A DNA stretch of 64,000 nucleotides. Origin: Dipteris shenzhenensis (taxonomy: Eukaryota). The notes under the pieces are model-generated. The model saw only the letters and a list, made by a program, of their open reading frames with translations. It was not told the origin of the DNA and searched no databases. Below are positions 39,001 through 50,640 of the stretch, piece after piece. The number at the start of each line of letters is the position of its first letter. Position 1 is the first letter of the stretch. The DNA lies in assembly GCA_047967505.1 (NCBI GenBank), contig CM106538.1; one strand, 5' to 3'. A program made the position numbers and the translations under genes.

Positions 39001-39955
39001 AAATTTGTATATCTACTGAGAAGGAGACAGGTGTATGATCGTGTCCTTTATGTGGACGACCTTGTCATAATAGGGAACCATGAAGAAAAGATCTCGCAGA
39101 CAAAGCAGTTGCTAGGAAGAGAGTTTGAAATGACAGACCTTGGACTGATGCATTTCTATTTTGGGATTGAAGTTTGGCAAGAGCCAAAACAAATCTTCAT
39201 CTCACAGCTGAAGTATGCTGGAGAGATACTGATGGCATTTAGCATGGCTGAGTGCAAGATAGTTGGCACCCCTATGGAGGTTGACGTGAAGCTCTCAAAC
39301 GAGGATTCATCACCACTGGTGGTCGAAGCGAAGTACAGAAGGCTTGTGGGCAGTTTGATTTACTTGTGCAACACACGGCCGGACATCAGTTTTGCGACTG
39401 GTGTACTAAGCAGGTTTTCCAATAAGCCTCGGGAGAACCATTAGAGTTTAGATTTGATTATGGCATCACCTATTTCAAGGGCAACATCTTGATCGGATTT
39501 TGTGACTCGGATTGGGCAAGAAACGTGGACAGCAGGAGATCAGTGACAGGTTACTATTTCTCACTTGGATCTAGAGCTGTGTCATGGGTCAGCAAGAAGC
39601 AACCCACAGTTGCTTTTTCTTCTACCGAGGCTGAGTACAGAGATCAGCATGTTTTGCTTCTTGTAAGGCAGTGTGGTTGAGGAGGATTTTAGGGGACATG
39701 GGTGCAGTGCAAAACAAGCCTACGTAGTTATCATGTGACAATCAGAGTTGCATGGCAATTGCAAAGAAGCCTATGTTCCACGCTTGCACAAAACACATTG
39801 AGATTCAGTATCACTTTGTACGCGAGCTCATCATGGATGGAGAGGTCGACTTGGTGTACTGTTCGACTACAGAGAATGCTGTGAACATCTTCACGAAGGC
39901 TCTTGGAAGAGACTTGCTGGAGAGGCATCTTCATCGACTTGGGCCGAAAAAGTAA
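36002..39955 (+). pseudogene. Copia gag-pol polyprotein, disrupted
   Basis: Starts MAQPARLRIPPFSESK*LDGTNYPLWKFKM; domains in Copia order; several in-frame stops and frameshifts. Confidence 0.93.
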
Positions 39956-39975
39956 GTTCACTTGCAGGTGGACAT

Positions 39976-39985
39976 TGAGGGGGGG
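39976..39985 (+). other. Polypurine tract
   Basis: TGAGGGGGGG directly before the TGTTAG of the 3' LTR. Confidence 0.9.
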
Positions 39986-40715
39986 TGTTAGATATCAATG
40001 CTCCGATACCCCAAAAGGCAAACCTAAGATTAGTGGTTTGGTAATCTCTTTAAAACCACTCAATTCGGAATATGGTAAAGTTGCTCCTGGTTGTGGGACT
40101 ACTCTCCCGATTAATTCCAACTCCCACATAGGAGAGGAAAGCGAAATGTCTCGAGAAGCAAACAGTCTATTTGGCCGCTATACATGGCCAACATCAAGAA
40201 ATAGAATAGAGGTGTATTCCGCGTAGTAGACAGAGCATTTCTTGGGGCAGCCCACTCTCGGGCTGCGGGGCCCGTTTGGAGCCCCAGATGATCCCGGATG
40301 GCTCGGGGCCGAACGGTGACCGTAGGTCAGTTGCTCTATTCTACGCCACGGTTCTAACGTGTGGTCAATGGCCTATTTCGCCGACCTCCAGTCGGTTGTT
40401 TTGGGCCGACTGGGTCGGTCTCCCAATTGGGTCTAACCGACTATGAATGGTGGCTATATAAGAGCAAGCCTGTGAAGCCCATCATCATCACTGGCTATAG
40501 CAACCCTGATTCCTTAGCATCCAGCCTCCGTCCTCTACTGTTTCTAGCACGCCATCGAAGCTTCTCACACAAGAGCGCATGGCTGGGAGGCAGCGCCATC
40601 TACTGTATCAGTTTTACAATAATCAAATTTTTGATTCTCCATACTATCTGCTTTTCTCTCTTGCATACGAGATGCTGTTATCTGTTGAGCACATACGTTG
40701 TATTGATTTCTTACA

Positions 40716-41340
40716 GTTTCAACCCCCCAATGCATAAATATTTCTATTATGCACTCTGGATTCTTGCTCTTTTACTTCCATATAGAGATCAGCTTTATCT
40801 ACTTTTTTACTAACATTAACAATCATCTCTTCTTTGATAGAACTTGCTTGGTTAGTGATCATTTCCTTAACCGTGGAGACTAGCTATGGTGCTGGTGGAC
40901 ATACGCTGCATTTGTGTAATACTTCTGCCATAAATTCATGTTTTCCATTGCTCTCCATGTCCGTACCTTCCTTCCAAGTTGGAGCTTGAGCTCTTGCACT
41001 TCTTGTTGTCCATTGCTCTCCATGTCTGTACCTTCCTTCCAAGTTGGAGCTTGAGCTCTTGTACTTCTTGTTATAAGTAATAAATTTGGTCCTGTGGGTC
41101 TAAAATCGGATACATCTTTGCATAAGGGGAGGGTGATGGGAGGGATGCAATGGTCGAGTTGGTGACCTTGCTAGCTGACAAGGCAAAGGTATTGACCATG
41201 GGTTCCATCGTGGCCTATGTGGATCAGGTATCCCCTTGCTTGGACTAACCCGCGGGTTGGCTTGGGGGTTCAAACCAACTCGGGGATTCAATCTTGCATC
41301 GGATTGGTGTGCACTTCCAATTGTTTCCTCTTCCATGATT
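40716..41340 (-). mobile_element. LINE ORF1-like remnant, N-terminal part
   Basis: Coiled-coil-like stretch followed by EQESRVHNRNIYALGG, similar to the RRNNIRIxGLxE ORF1 motif; continues across the Copia TSD into 35240-34927; internal ~65-bp duplication near 40945-41072. Confidence 0.5.
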
Positions 41341-41970
41341 AGATCTTTTATTGGATGAATTACCTCTCCAATAACTTCCTCTATGGTGTTGAATTCATTG
41401 TCTTACCATGTGGCTTATTGTTCATCTATCATTCACGTTGATGTGTAGATGTTTTCCGACATGGCCTTCTATTATTGAATAGTAATGCTTTGCACAAGGT
41501 TTTCATAACCTTCTCCTTATTCTTTTAGAAAAGCCTAAACCAATTCTCTTGGTTTCATCCAACTATTGTTAGCTACATGTTTACATCCTTGATCATAAGT
41601 ACATATGGATCTCATTGTGCTACTTGTAACTCAAATTTTATTTGTCATTGTCAAAATTCAAAATGTGTTCTTTGCTTTGTAAAGAGTTCAAATATGTCCC
41701 ACGTTGCTTGGAGGTCTTGACCATTCCAATTTGTCCTGACATAACATCTTGGTGTTCTGTATGATCAAACGATACACATTCTAGTCCCAATCTACTAGCC
41801 TTTTAGTAATTCTGAGGTCTTCACGATATTTGGGATATTAGGTGATCATTCCATCAACGTGTCTCATAGAGCTAGGATTGTGATTAGATAACCTTTGTTA
41901 AAAGCTGACCTGGGGTTGGGCGACCTAGGATTAATTGAATGCCTAGAGACTTGTGTGACCTACCAACTAT

Positions 41971-42730
41971 AGACCTTAGATATGCAAAGGTATCTTAAAC
42001 GTCTTCACTATGAAGATCACTGATGGGTTGCATCCATGCTCTGAGTCAAGGCTTTGTGAACAAGGTGAGAACTATGTATGTGAAATTATGGACAAAGATT
42101 TGACCTAACAACAAGTGCCTAGTATTTGTGGATGTCAACTATCAATTTATCTTTGCCAAGCAGTCTTGTAAAGCCAAAACCTACCTCATTAGTTGGTCAG
42201 GAGAATGTCTTCAACTCCAACATAACTTTAGACTAGTGAGAATCCACTCAGAAGTGTCACTGCCCGAAGTCAAACTAACAACACACCAAATAGCACTCGT
42301 AGCCTAAGGAAGTACATTCAACTAAATAGAGTGGCAACGCCTCATCGACGCTCAATTCTTTGAACTAGATGATGATGCTTCTTCATGAAAGTCTTGCAAG
42401 AATAAGAATAAACTGGGGGGAGAATCCACTCACAAAACACCAAACAATACTCGCAACCTAGGCAGTACATCAAACTTGCAATGAGCAATCTTGCAAGAAC
42501 AACTCATAAGGCAAATTCACAAGGCTTAGACCTTAAGTCACCGCCAAAGCTTTGTAAGAAGACTCACAAGACAGCTCCATGTGAATCTTTATAAGAACAA
42601 CTCCATAATTTCACATACATACAAAATGGTTCTCACCTCGTTCACAAAGCCTTGAGTCAGAGCATGGATGATATCCATCAGTGATGTTAGTAGAGAAGCC
42701 GTTTAAGATACCTTTGCACATCTAAGGTCT
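41971..42730. repeat. Inverted repeat with ~120-bp arms (41971-42092 / 42602-42730); possible non-autonomous TIR element
   Basis: agaccttagatatgcaaaggtatcttaaacg...tatgtatgtgaaattatgga versus tccataatttcacatacata...cgtttaagatacctttgcacatctaaggtct; TAT on both flanks. Confidence 0.8.
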
Positions 42731-42751
42731 TATCCCGTGACAAGTACACAG

Positions 42752-43132
42752 CATAGTTGCCAGACGTTTGGAAAATTTTCCAAACGTGTTTCGATTCAAA
42801 ATTTTCCCCAAGTGCTTGTTTAACCAAAAATTATATGGCTACTATATAAGTACACATTCCTGGGACGTAAAATGCATGATTTCATTCACTAATGGCACCC
42901 AGGACTCTAAGGAACATGAGGAAAACATTTCAGCAATCTAATATGTTCATACACTTAGAAGGCGTTTTCCAACAAAGTGTGATGGCGACAGCTCCTTAGA
43001 CTCTTTAGATAAAGGCCAAAACTTAAACTTAGGGCCTTTTGCCCCAAAAACCAATGCCAAAAAAATGCGTTTTTTGTTTCCAAACGTTTGGCAACGTTTC
43101 AAAAATAAAAAACGTGTTTCATTGCAACTATG
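42752..43132. mobile_element. MITE-like element with hAT-like termini
   Basis: TIR CATAGTTGC / GCAACTATG; clusters of AAACGT/ACGTTT subterminal motifs at both ends; no TSD seen. Confidence 0.6.
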
Positions 43133-44383
43133 ATGCCACTATACACAACCCTTCCCGCCTACCTCATTCACCTGTCCAATTCTCATGTGCACCATTAGTC
43201 TAACCCGAACCTCAAACCTATAATCAACCAACTTTGAAATCTGCTTCAATTACCTATTCGAAAGAGTTGAATGTTGCAGAACAATGTCTTGTCCATGCCC
43301 AGAATTTGTCCTTTCGTCACCTCACACACGTTACATTCAATACTATCATACACACCAATCTGTCAAACAAACATACAGGTCTGTTACAGAGTATTCAGTC
43401 TCTTGACCATTCGAACTGGTGGTCTGGGACATTGTTAGTCCTCTTCCAAAATCTAAACATGGCAATGTCTACATAGTCGTTCCCATGGAATATCTGGGAG
43501 TGTGAAGCACAAGCAATTCGGAATGCAAGTGCTGATACTGCTGCAAAATTTCTCGTGGAAGATACTCATATCATGTGAGCTTAACATCATAAATACAAAC
43601 AAAACACATGGTCACAAGAGTCTGTTCAACTTCATCATGCATACCATGTTGTAGGCAATGACAGCAGCACCAAAAATACGTGCAAATCGCATGCATCTCC
43701 AAAAACATCAACCTCAAAACAAAACCCACAAGGGTACACACTGATGCCACTACGCATAGTACAAACTTGTTTCAACGACATCCCCAGCAAGATCATCAGC
43801 CTCTGTGTTTAATTTCACAAGACTGAACCAGTCAAACTATCCCCATTGTGACTTTGTGACCAATACCAGGACTGCCTTCACCATAGAGCCACCCATATAC
43901 AAACTTACTCCTTAAGCATACACCAGTGCTCAAAATTTAACCACAATGGAAGAGGGATCACAATGCTGCAAACTTTATGTCAAAGTGAGAAGATGTTGAT
44001 AACATGCTCACGTTAAAGGGAATAACATAAAAGGTCAAAACACATAAAACACAGGAAAACTCCCCAAAAATCCATGCAGTAACGTAAAAATAATATAAAT
44101 GATGCCGCTTCACCATTCATTCATTTGGTTAAAGGTCCTTTGGCTATCTCGTTAAGGACTCGAGGCGATTGACTCTTAGGAAACCCATCTCTACATTAAA
44201 GAGAGAATCAGATGTGGTCCAACTGTACAAGATGCATTTGAAACCCTTCAATACCTGACATTATCACCTTGAAGGATCATAGCTTTACATACTAGTAGCC
44301 CCACAGCAATAATTTTGTCAACGAATAGCTATGCTTCATTTTGCAAATACTCCGGATGCCTACTATTCTTCATTTTGCAAATA

Positions 44384-45876
44384 CTACTCATGCCGACGAA
44401 TGTCTTTCACAGCCCATAAACCTAAAACAGAGCGAGAAACTTCCGCCTTGAACTGTTCTTCCTTTGATCCTCTTTGAGCCTTGAGTAATATTTCGAAGTT
44501 TGTGCTATCTTCAGTTACCTGCAAAACATTAGTTCAGCACAAAGGCCGCTGCAGGCTGAAAATTACTCAATAAAACCGTTAAAAGCATCCAGTGAAACTA
44601 AATCAGACCTCTGCATGGGCTGACAGGACTTCCTTGAGCTCATAGGGGATTAAACAATTGGATCTCTGTTGAAGGCCCTTTAAAGCTTCCTCAGCTGCCT
44701 CCTTCACAACAGGATCATCAGAAGAAACAGGTTGTAACCCTGCCTCCACTTCACTGTTGGCGGCTGGGCCATCTAGTTTACAAAATCAATGAACAATATA
44801 TAAAGATCCCCTCTACACTCAATAGTTATTATAATAAACCCTTGGGCTGGCTTTCATAGCCAGACTTTTAATAGAAAATCAAGTCCGTAATAAGCATTTC
44901 TGAAGTTTCAGCTGGCTAGAGATAATGGGCTGAGATTTATTTTGATAACAAAAGTCTCATCATTAAAACTTTCCTTCTTCATTCCAATCCTCTCAAAGAT
45001 TTTCCTCATTTCAATCAATCACGATTATCAAAGATTTTCTACACATTCAGGTTCAAATTAACCAAACTGGATAAATCGAGTTGATCAACGCTATTGGTAT
45101 GGAGCTGGTACTTGCCTAGATTGGTCCCAAGGTCAGCGGGGGTGACGGTGCTTTGGATTTCTTTAAAACCCTCCAATGACTTAAAATTCTGCCATGGTTT
45201 TACCCACACCTTAGCTTCATACAATTTGGTTTCTCCTCCGTGTGCAGCTTCCATAACCAAGTAATACATGATCCCAGCAACAACTTGTTGCTGTGCTGAC
45301 ATCAGTCTGACATATTCAAGGTCCGAATTCTGCAAAAGAAAAAAAGGAAGTGTTACCAAATGTAGGAATTTTTAAAGAACGAATATATATTGTGCTGATT
45401 AGTTTTGAATCACTGAGTTGGCCTTGACTAAAGCTCGAATGTTTCCGATCATTCGCTAGAGAAGAAAAACCTCAGTTTATGTGTAGTCTTCTCAAGCGAA
45501 GTTCAACGTTTCATAAGGAGGTTACCGGACTCATAGTACATAAACGAGAGGAAATACGAAGTTCCAGGAGGCTTCCCTCGTTACTCTGCCGACCTACCCA
45601 AACTGAAATCGGTTCGATAAAAAAATATTTGAAAAAGCAACCCTCAGCGGAAGATAACTTCAACAAGGCTTGTAGCGTGCCCACCTGCTTGATGTTCTGC
45701 TGATCTACGGCATACTTGGCCAGGTCCTCCAAATGAACATCGTTCTGAGCACCCGGTATGTCCTCCCTTCCTCCCACCGCTTTCCCCATGGCCAATCCAG
45801 CAGCAAACAAGAGCCAAGCAAGGGCGAGAGATGCGAAGAGCCTGGCTGCAACACTGCGGGAAGAAGCAGATGGCAT
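44384..45876 (-). CDS. C-terminally extended phytocystatin (cysteine protease inhibitor), ~234 aa; exons 45876-45685, 45329-45116, 44772-44609, 44518-44384
   Basis: Signal peptide, GG, LAKYAVDQQN (LARFAV motif), QVVAG, KPW, then extension DPVVKEAAEEALKGLQQRSNCLIPYELKEVLSAHAE-VTEDSTNFEILLKAQRGSKEEQFKAEV; splice phases are consistent and end at TAG 44386-44384. Confidence 0.93.
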
Positions 45877-47326
45877 TCCTGGGCAAGAAAAAGAAATGGG
45901 TGAAGTGTGTCAGTAAGTAAGGTACAGGGGGGATGCAGAGTGCGAACTTGGGCTATAGTTGGTGTGCGATAGCGGGTGAGTGGCAAGTGGCAGCACCCAC
46001 AAAGGGTTTCCAAAAACAGATTTGATGATTGAGATGGGGCAGAACGACGACCACCACCACATAATTCGGCGCTTGGAAACCAAAACTTCGATGATTTCTG
46101 CGAAGACAAATACAATGCAGCAGAGAACTGCAACGTAATTCTCAGCAGAAACTGCAACGAATCTATGGATTCGACACAGAAATAACAGCAACGAAAATTT
46201 CCATCTCTTTGCATCGCCCACAAACCAAACAACGGCGCACACAGCCTTGCATCGCTCACAAACAACGAATTTCTACGAAGATGCCACAGCAACGTAATTC
46301 CCACGGCCGATGCAGCGGAAACTACAACAAATCTATGGATTGTAGCACGCGCACAACAACGAAAGATTTCCACGTCTTTAGAAACCGACAAAAATCTGTT
46401 GAATTACTTGGAAATCGCGTATACATAATTGGCGTTGCTCTTCTGTTGAAGTTCTGTCAATCTGATCTCGGAACTCTAGTTTGCACAGATTTCACTATCG
46501 TCTTTATTAAGCTATAAACCTTTCACGAGATTGTTGCCTTGCTCTATCGGGCCCCATTACCTTACATTGCGTAATAAGTCTCTAACGAACAATTTTAGCC
46601 CTGGCTATTAAAATAAAAACGAATTTAGCCACATCTCTTCCCCATGGGTCTTGATAAGAATAATAAATTTTGTAGCGTCACGTCAAAAGGCAAGACCCTC
46701 ATTAAGAGTCACTCCCATTAGAAACGAGTAAGTCCACTCACCAAGAGCAGAAATGTTAGCAAGCCTAGCTTGTGTTGGCAATTTGCTGACAATTACCCTC
46801 CAAAATAAGAAATTTAGTTTTAACAAAGGGGTCATTGATTACACCCTTATCAAACAATGTTTCCACAACATGAGATTATCTAGAGGGGCATGTTGCTTCC
46901 ATTGTTCTTTAAACCGAGCTACGACCTATTGTGAGGCAGAAACAAATCTATAGCGGTGAATTTACTTCTTAGGAGGATCAAAGTGGACTGGCCTACTACA
47001 CTCCTCTCCTTTCTACTCTCCATCCTCTCCTCTCTTCATCCTCTCTCCCTCTCTGCATCCTCTTTCCTCTCTCCCTCTAGACTCTCACATAGTATCAAGA
47101 CTCAATTATACTTTGTCCACATGCTTACTCGCATAATATGCAATATTTTTCTTTAGTTTTTAATACAAAATATATTTATAAATCTCTACTTATCTAGTGC
47201 AATTTAAGAGGGGGTGATGGCATAGTGCAATCTCAAGAAGACTATGTCTACTAAAGGGATCAACGCAAGTTATCCACTCATGTGTATATATAGCCCATTT
47301 CCCCTATGTAGGCCACTCTTGTGTGC

Positions 47327-47380
<54 letters not shown>

Positions 47381-47499
47381 TACTTCAACAACATGCAAAT
47401 GTTCATTAGATATAAGGAGTTCTTTAGATATATCTTGATTTTTGCTATGACACAATATTGGACGCTTTTCGCTCTTACAATTCATTCACAACTATAAAC

Positions 47500-50250
47500 A
47501 CGATGATATCTTTCCTCCTTTTGATAACCATGTCTGAATGGAATTATATTGCAACTATGTGTTAATTGAGGAAACTATGATTTTGTGCAATGGTGGAGCA
47601 ACACAATGAATAGATCTATTTCTCATGAAACTGTTATAAGATGAAAGCAAGAAGCATGTGATTTCTATAGAATCTTCAAAAGTTAGGCTAAATGATTTTT
47701 AAAGGATAAACCCAAATGATGTGGCAATATAATGTGTATCGTGTGAATGAGGCTTGTGAAGTACCTGATTCTTAGTTAGTTTCTTTGATTCTCATATAAT
47801 ATGTATGGTGATGCTTCCATCTACACCCGTGCATAGCATAGCTATTTTATTGGGACATTAGAGTCTCAAGCACTCATGTCAAATAGGGCCTCCTATGAAG
47901 ATGAAGTGAAGGAAATATGAGTGAATAAAATTTAAATGATATAAGATCCTATGATGGTAGCTTTTTGGCTTTTGTTTTGTATTCTCATCATGAGGTTATG
48001 GGGATGTCTACATTAAGTAGCTTTTTCTACAATAATCTTATAAAGTATAAACTTGAGAATTGGAAAACTTAAGTGCATTGTATGACTATATCAACATCCA
48101 TGGACCAACTCAGAACCTATCAAATCTTCTATGTATGAATTAATAGTGAGTATCTTCTACAAGCTTTAGAAAGGAGATAGATAGACGTATAAATAAAAAT
48201 AGAATGATCTAAGATAAAAAAAGATTTAATGATTTGGTACACATTGTACCACAATTCAAGGCTCGCACCTTTCCATCATGGTGGGAGGGAGTGGTTTTAA
48301 TGCATGTTGCACATCTTGGGATTATCACTCTTAAAACATGCATGATATAATGTAATTCACTAAGAGGGATATTTTTAGAATATATAACACACAGATCTAA
48401 GTGGAATTTTTTTAAAACCAAGTCAAAAATTTTGAACCAAATTATATGAAAGGCTTTACAAACAAATGGCATGACGACTTTCACATTGAACTTTCTTAGC
48501 ATACATCACAGTATTTTCTCGAATCAATATGTTCTTGTAAATAAATTTTTTTGGTACACTGTACAATTGAAACTTTTAGTAAGAATACCTTTTTTATATA
48601 TAGGATGGATGATTTTATATATTGTCCTTAGCTTATAGCTTCAAAAGAGGGCAAGACAAAGAAGAAAGATCTCAAGGATTTCAAAAGAGATATAGTTTTT
48701 GTGTGATTCTTTCATATTATTGTGAATGAGTTCATAAAGTTGTGAAAATTTTGCTTCATTCTCTAGTGAATCATTTTATTTCTATTTGTATTAGAATTCA
48801 TAAATTTACTGAATAAATGATTTATAGGTTAGAGTAAGACATGGAAGAAATATGCTTTAATCTAAATTGTGAATGAATGAAAAATAAGGAGATGATTATG
48901 AAAAGAATGTGTCACGGTATAAATAGTGTGAATTATTTTAGCTTTGTTTCTTTTGAGAGAAGTGAATTATGTTAGGTTTGTTTCTTTTGAAAGAAGTGAA
49001 AACTTATCTCTTTGCTTATTTAGTTGTGAAAAAAATTTGTGTACTCTTTTATACTTGATGAAATTACATAATTGAAAAACTCTTCCATTTTTATTATGGA
49101 TGAACTAAGATGATCTTTCATCTCCTTTCTCTTTATTTTCAAAATGAATTATCATATTTTCTATTCTTTACACTTTCTTACAAAACTGATATGAATTGTC
49201 ATTTTGCACTCTTTGTGAGGAAAAATATGCTTACACTTTATTCTTTGGCATAAGGGATGAGGATGAATATGAAAAGTGCAAAAGGGTCCTGAAAAAAAAT
49301 TATTTTTCTCAAAGCAGTTTCAATGTGTGGAACGTAAACTCAAAAGATAGGTTACTTGTTATACTCATTCTCATGATATTTTTTGCTTTTTGTTTTGGTG
49401 AAAAATAAAGTTAGGAGTCTTTATTATTTCACATAAATAATCTGAGTTATTATGGAAAGGATAAAAATATATCCGCTTTCACATCTGTGATGAATGCATT
49501 CATATTGTATAAACTCAAAATCTTCTTTTGTAATCTAGAAGAAAAGGATATTTATATTGTAGTATATGCTTTTGTTACTTTGTACATAATTTGATTTCTT
49601 TTTTCTTTTTCGAAATTCATATTGAAATATAACGTATTTTCTTGTTTTTTTAATAGAGAAATAGTTCAAGAACAGATTTGTTCAAATGTGAAAGATTTTA
49701 GGAAAGTATCTAAGTCAATTTTATATGTTGGTTGTAAAGCTTATGGTGGTCATAAGTTTAATCTAGGTTTAGGCTAGATTATGCAACCATGCCCATCATG
49801 GCACCATGACTTGATATCATAATGTATTTCAACTCATATCTTTGACAAGCAACAAAGGCTACCAACAATCAAGAAGATTAAGATTTGATGCTACAAAAGG
49901 TGATTACATTATCCTAGAACATAATGTGGAGATGAAATACAAGTAGAAGAGATCTTAGAGAATGATGGAGAGGGTAGCTCTCAAAATCATCAATGAGGAA
50001 AAAAAATGCAAATAAATGTGCAGATAAGTCTGGAAAATGGTTTTTTGAAAAATGAGTGTTGGAAGTACATATGAAATGGGAGTGAAATGGGAGGCAACAT
50101 TTGTTAAGAAATGTAATTCCTTTTTATGTCATATGAGATATAAGGTTTAGGCATATGTTGATGTCCTATGCCAAGCATGGTTTTATGGTTGATCATTATG
50201 ATAGAATGCATGGTAAAATATATGGTTTGGGTGAAATATTAAAAAAGAAA
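47500..50250 (+). mobile_element. Very degenerate AT-rich transposase-like region (possibly MULE)
   Basis: Only faint motif traces (e.g. IFDKQQRLP near 49840); no long ORF. Confidence 0.25.
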
Positions 50251-50289
50251 AAGGCCCTTAATTTCATGCTAATATATGGTTGCATGCTG

Positions 50290-50640
50290 ACTTTGATTGA
50301 TGAACTACTGATTAGTGTAGGCCTTTGGTGAACATGCTGCATATATCACCAAAGGGAATAATGTTTTTATAAAAATTGATACATATCTTAAGGAGGGAAC
50401 ATCTGCATATATTGAGAAAATATTTGAGAGAGGTATAACAAAGGTTGAGAATCCCAAAATATGATAGCTTTATAATATATAATGTGAATAACTATAAAGG
50501 CTTACAAGTGAGCATATTATCTATAAGTGCCCTACACTTACATGGATTCCATGTGGTGCTCACACATTGAATTTAGTACTTAAAGATATTGGAGAGCTAC
50601 CTTTGATTCAAGTTGGTCTTGCAAGACACCAATTTTCTTA
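50290..50640 (+). mobile_element. hAT transposase fragment
   Basis: RPLVNML..PKGIMF..NVNNYK..WIPCGAHTLNLVLKDIGEL matches the hAT DUF659-type WTPCAAHxxxLxLEDIG motif. Confidence 0.75.

Larger units (their letters stand above)
35241..40715 (+). mobile_element. Full-length Ty1/Copia LTR retrotransposon (inactivated), TSD GTTTC
   Basis: 5' LTR 35241-35931 and 3' LTR 39986-40715, both TG...CA; TSD GTTTC at 35236-35240 and 40716-40720; PBS and PPT present; gag, zinc knuckle, protease (WIIDSGAS), GAG-pre-integrase, integrase (LRSDRGGEF), RT (LYVDDL), RNase H. Confidence 0.97.

Noticed and set aside
45705-46517. ORFs of 228, 110 and 102 aa upstream of or overlapping the cystatin
   Set aside because: No recognisable domain; they span a diverged duplicated promoter/5' region and overlap cystatin exon 1 out of frame.
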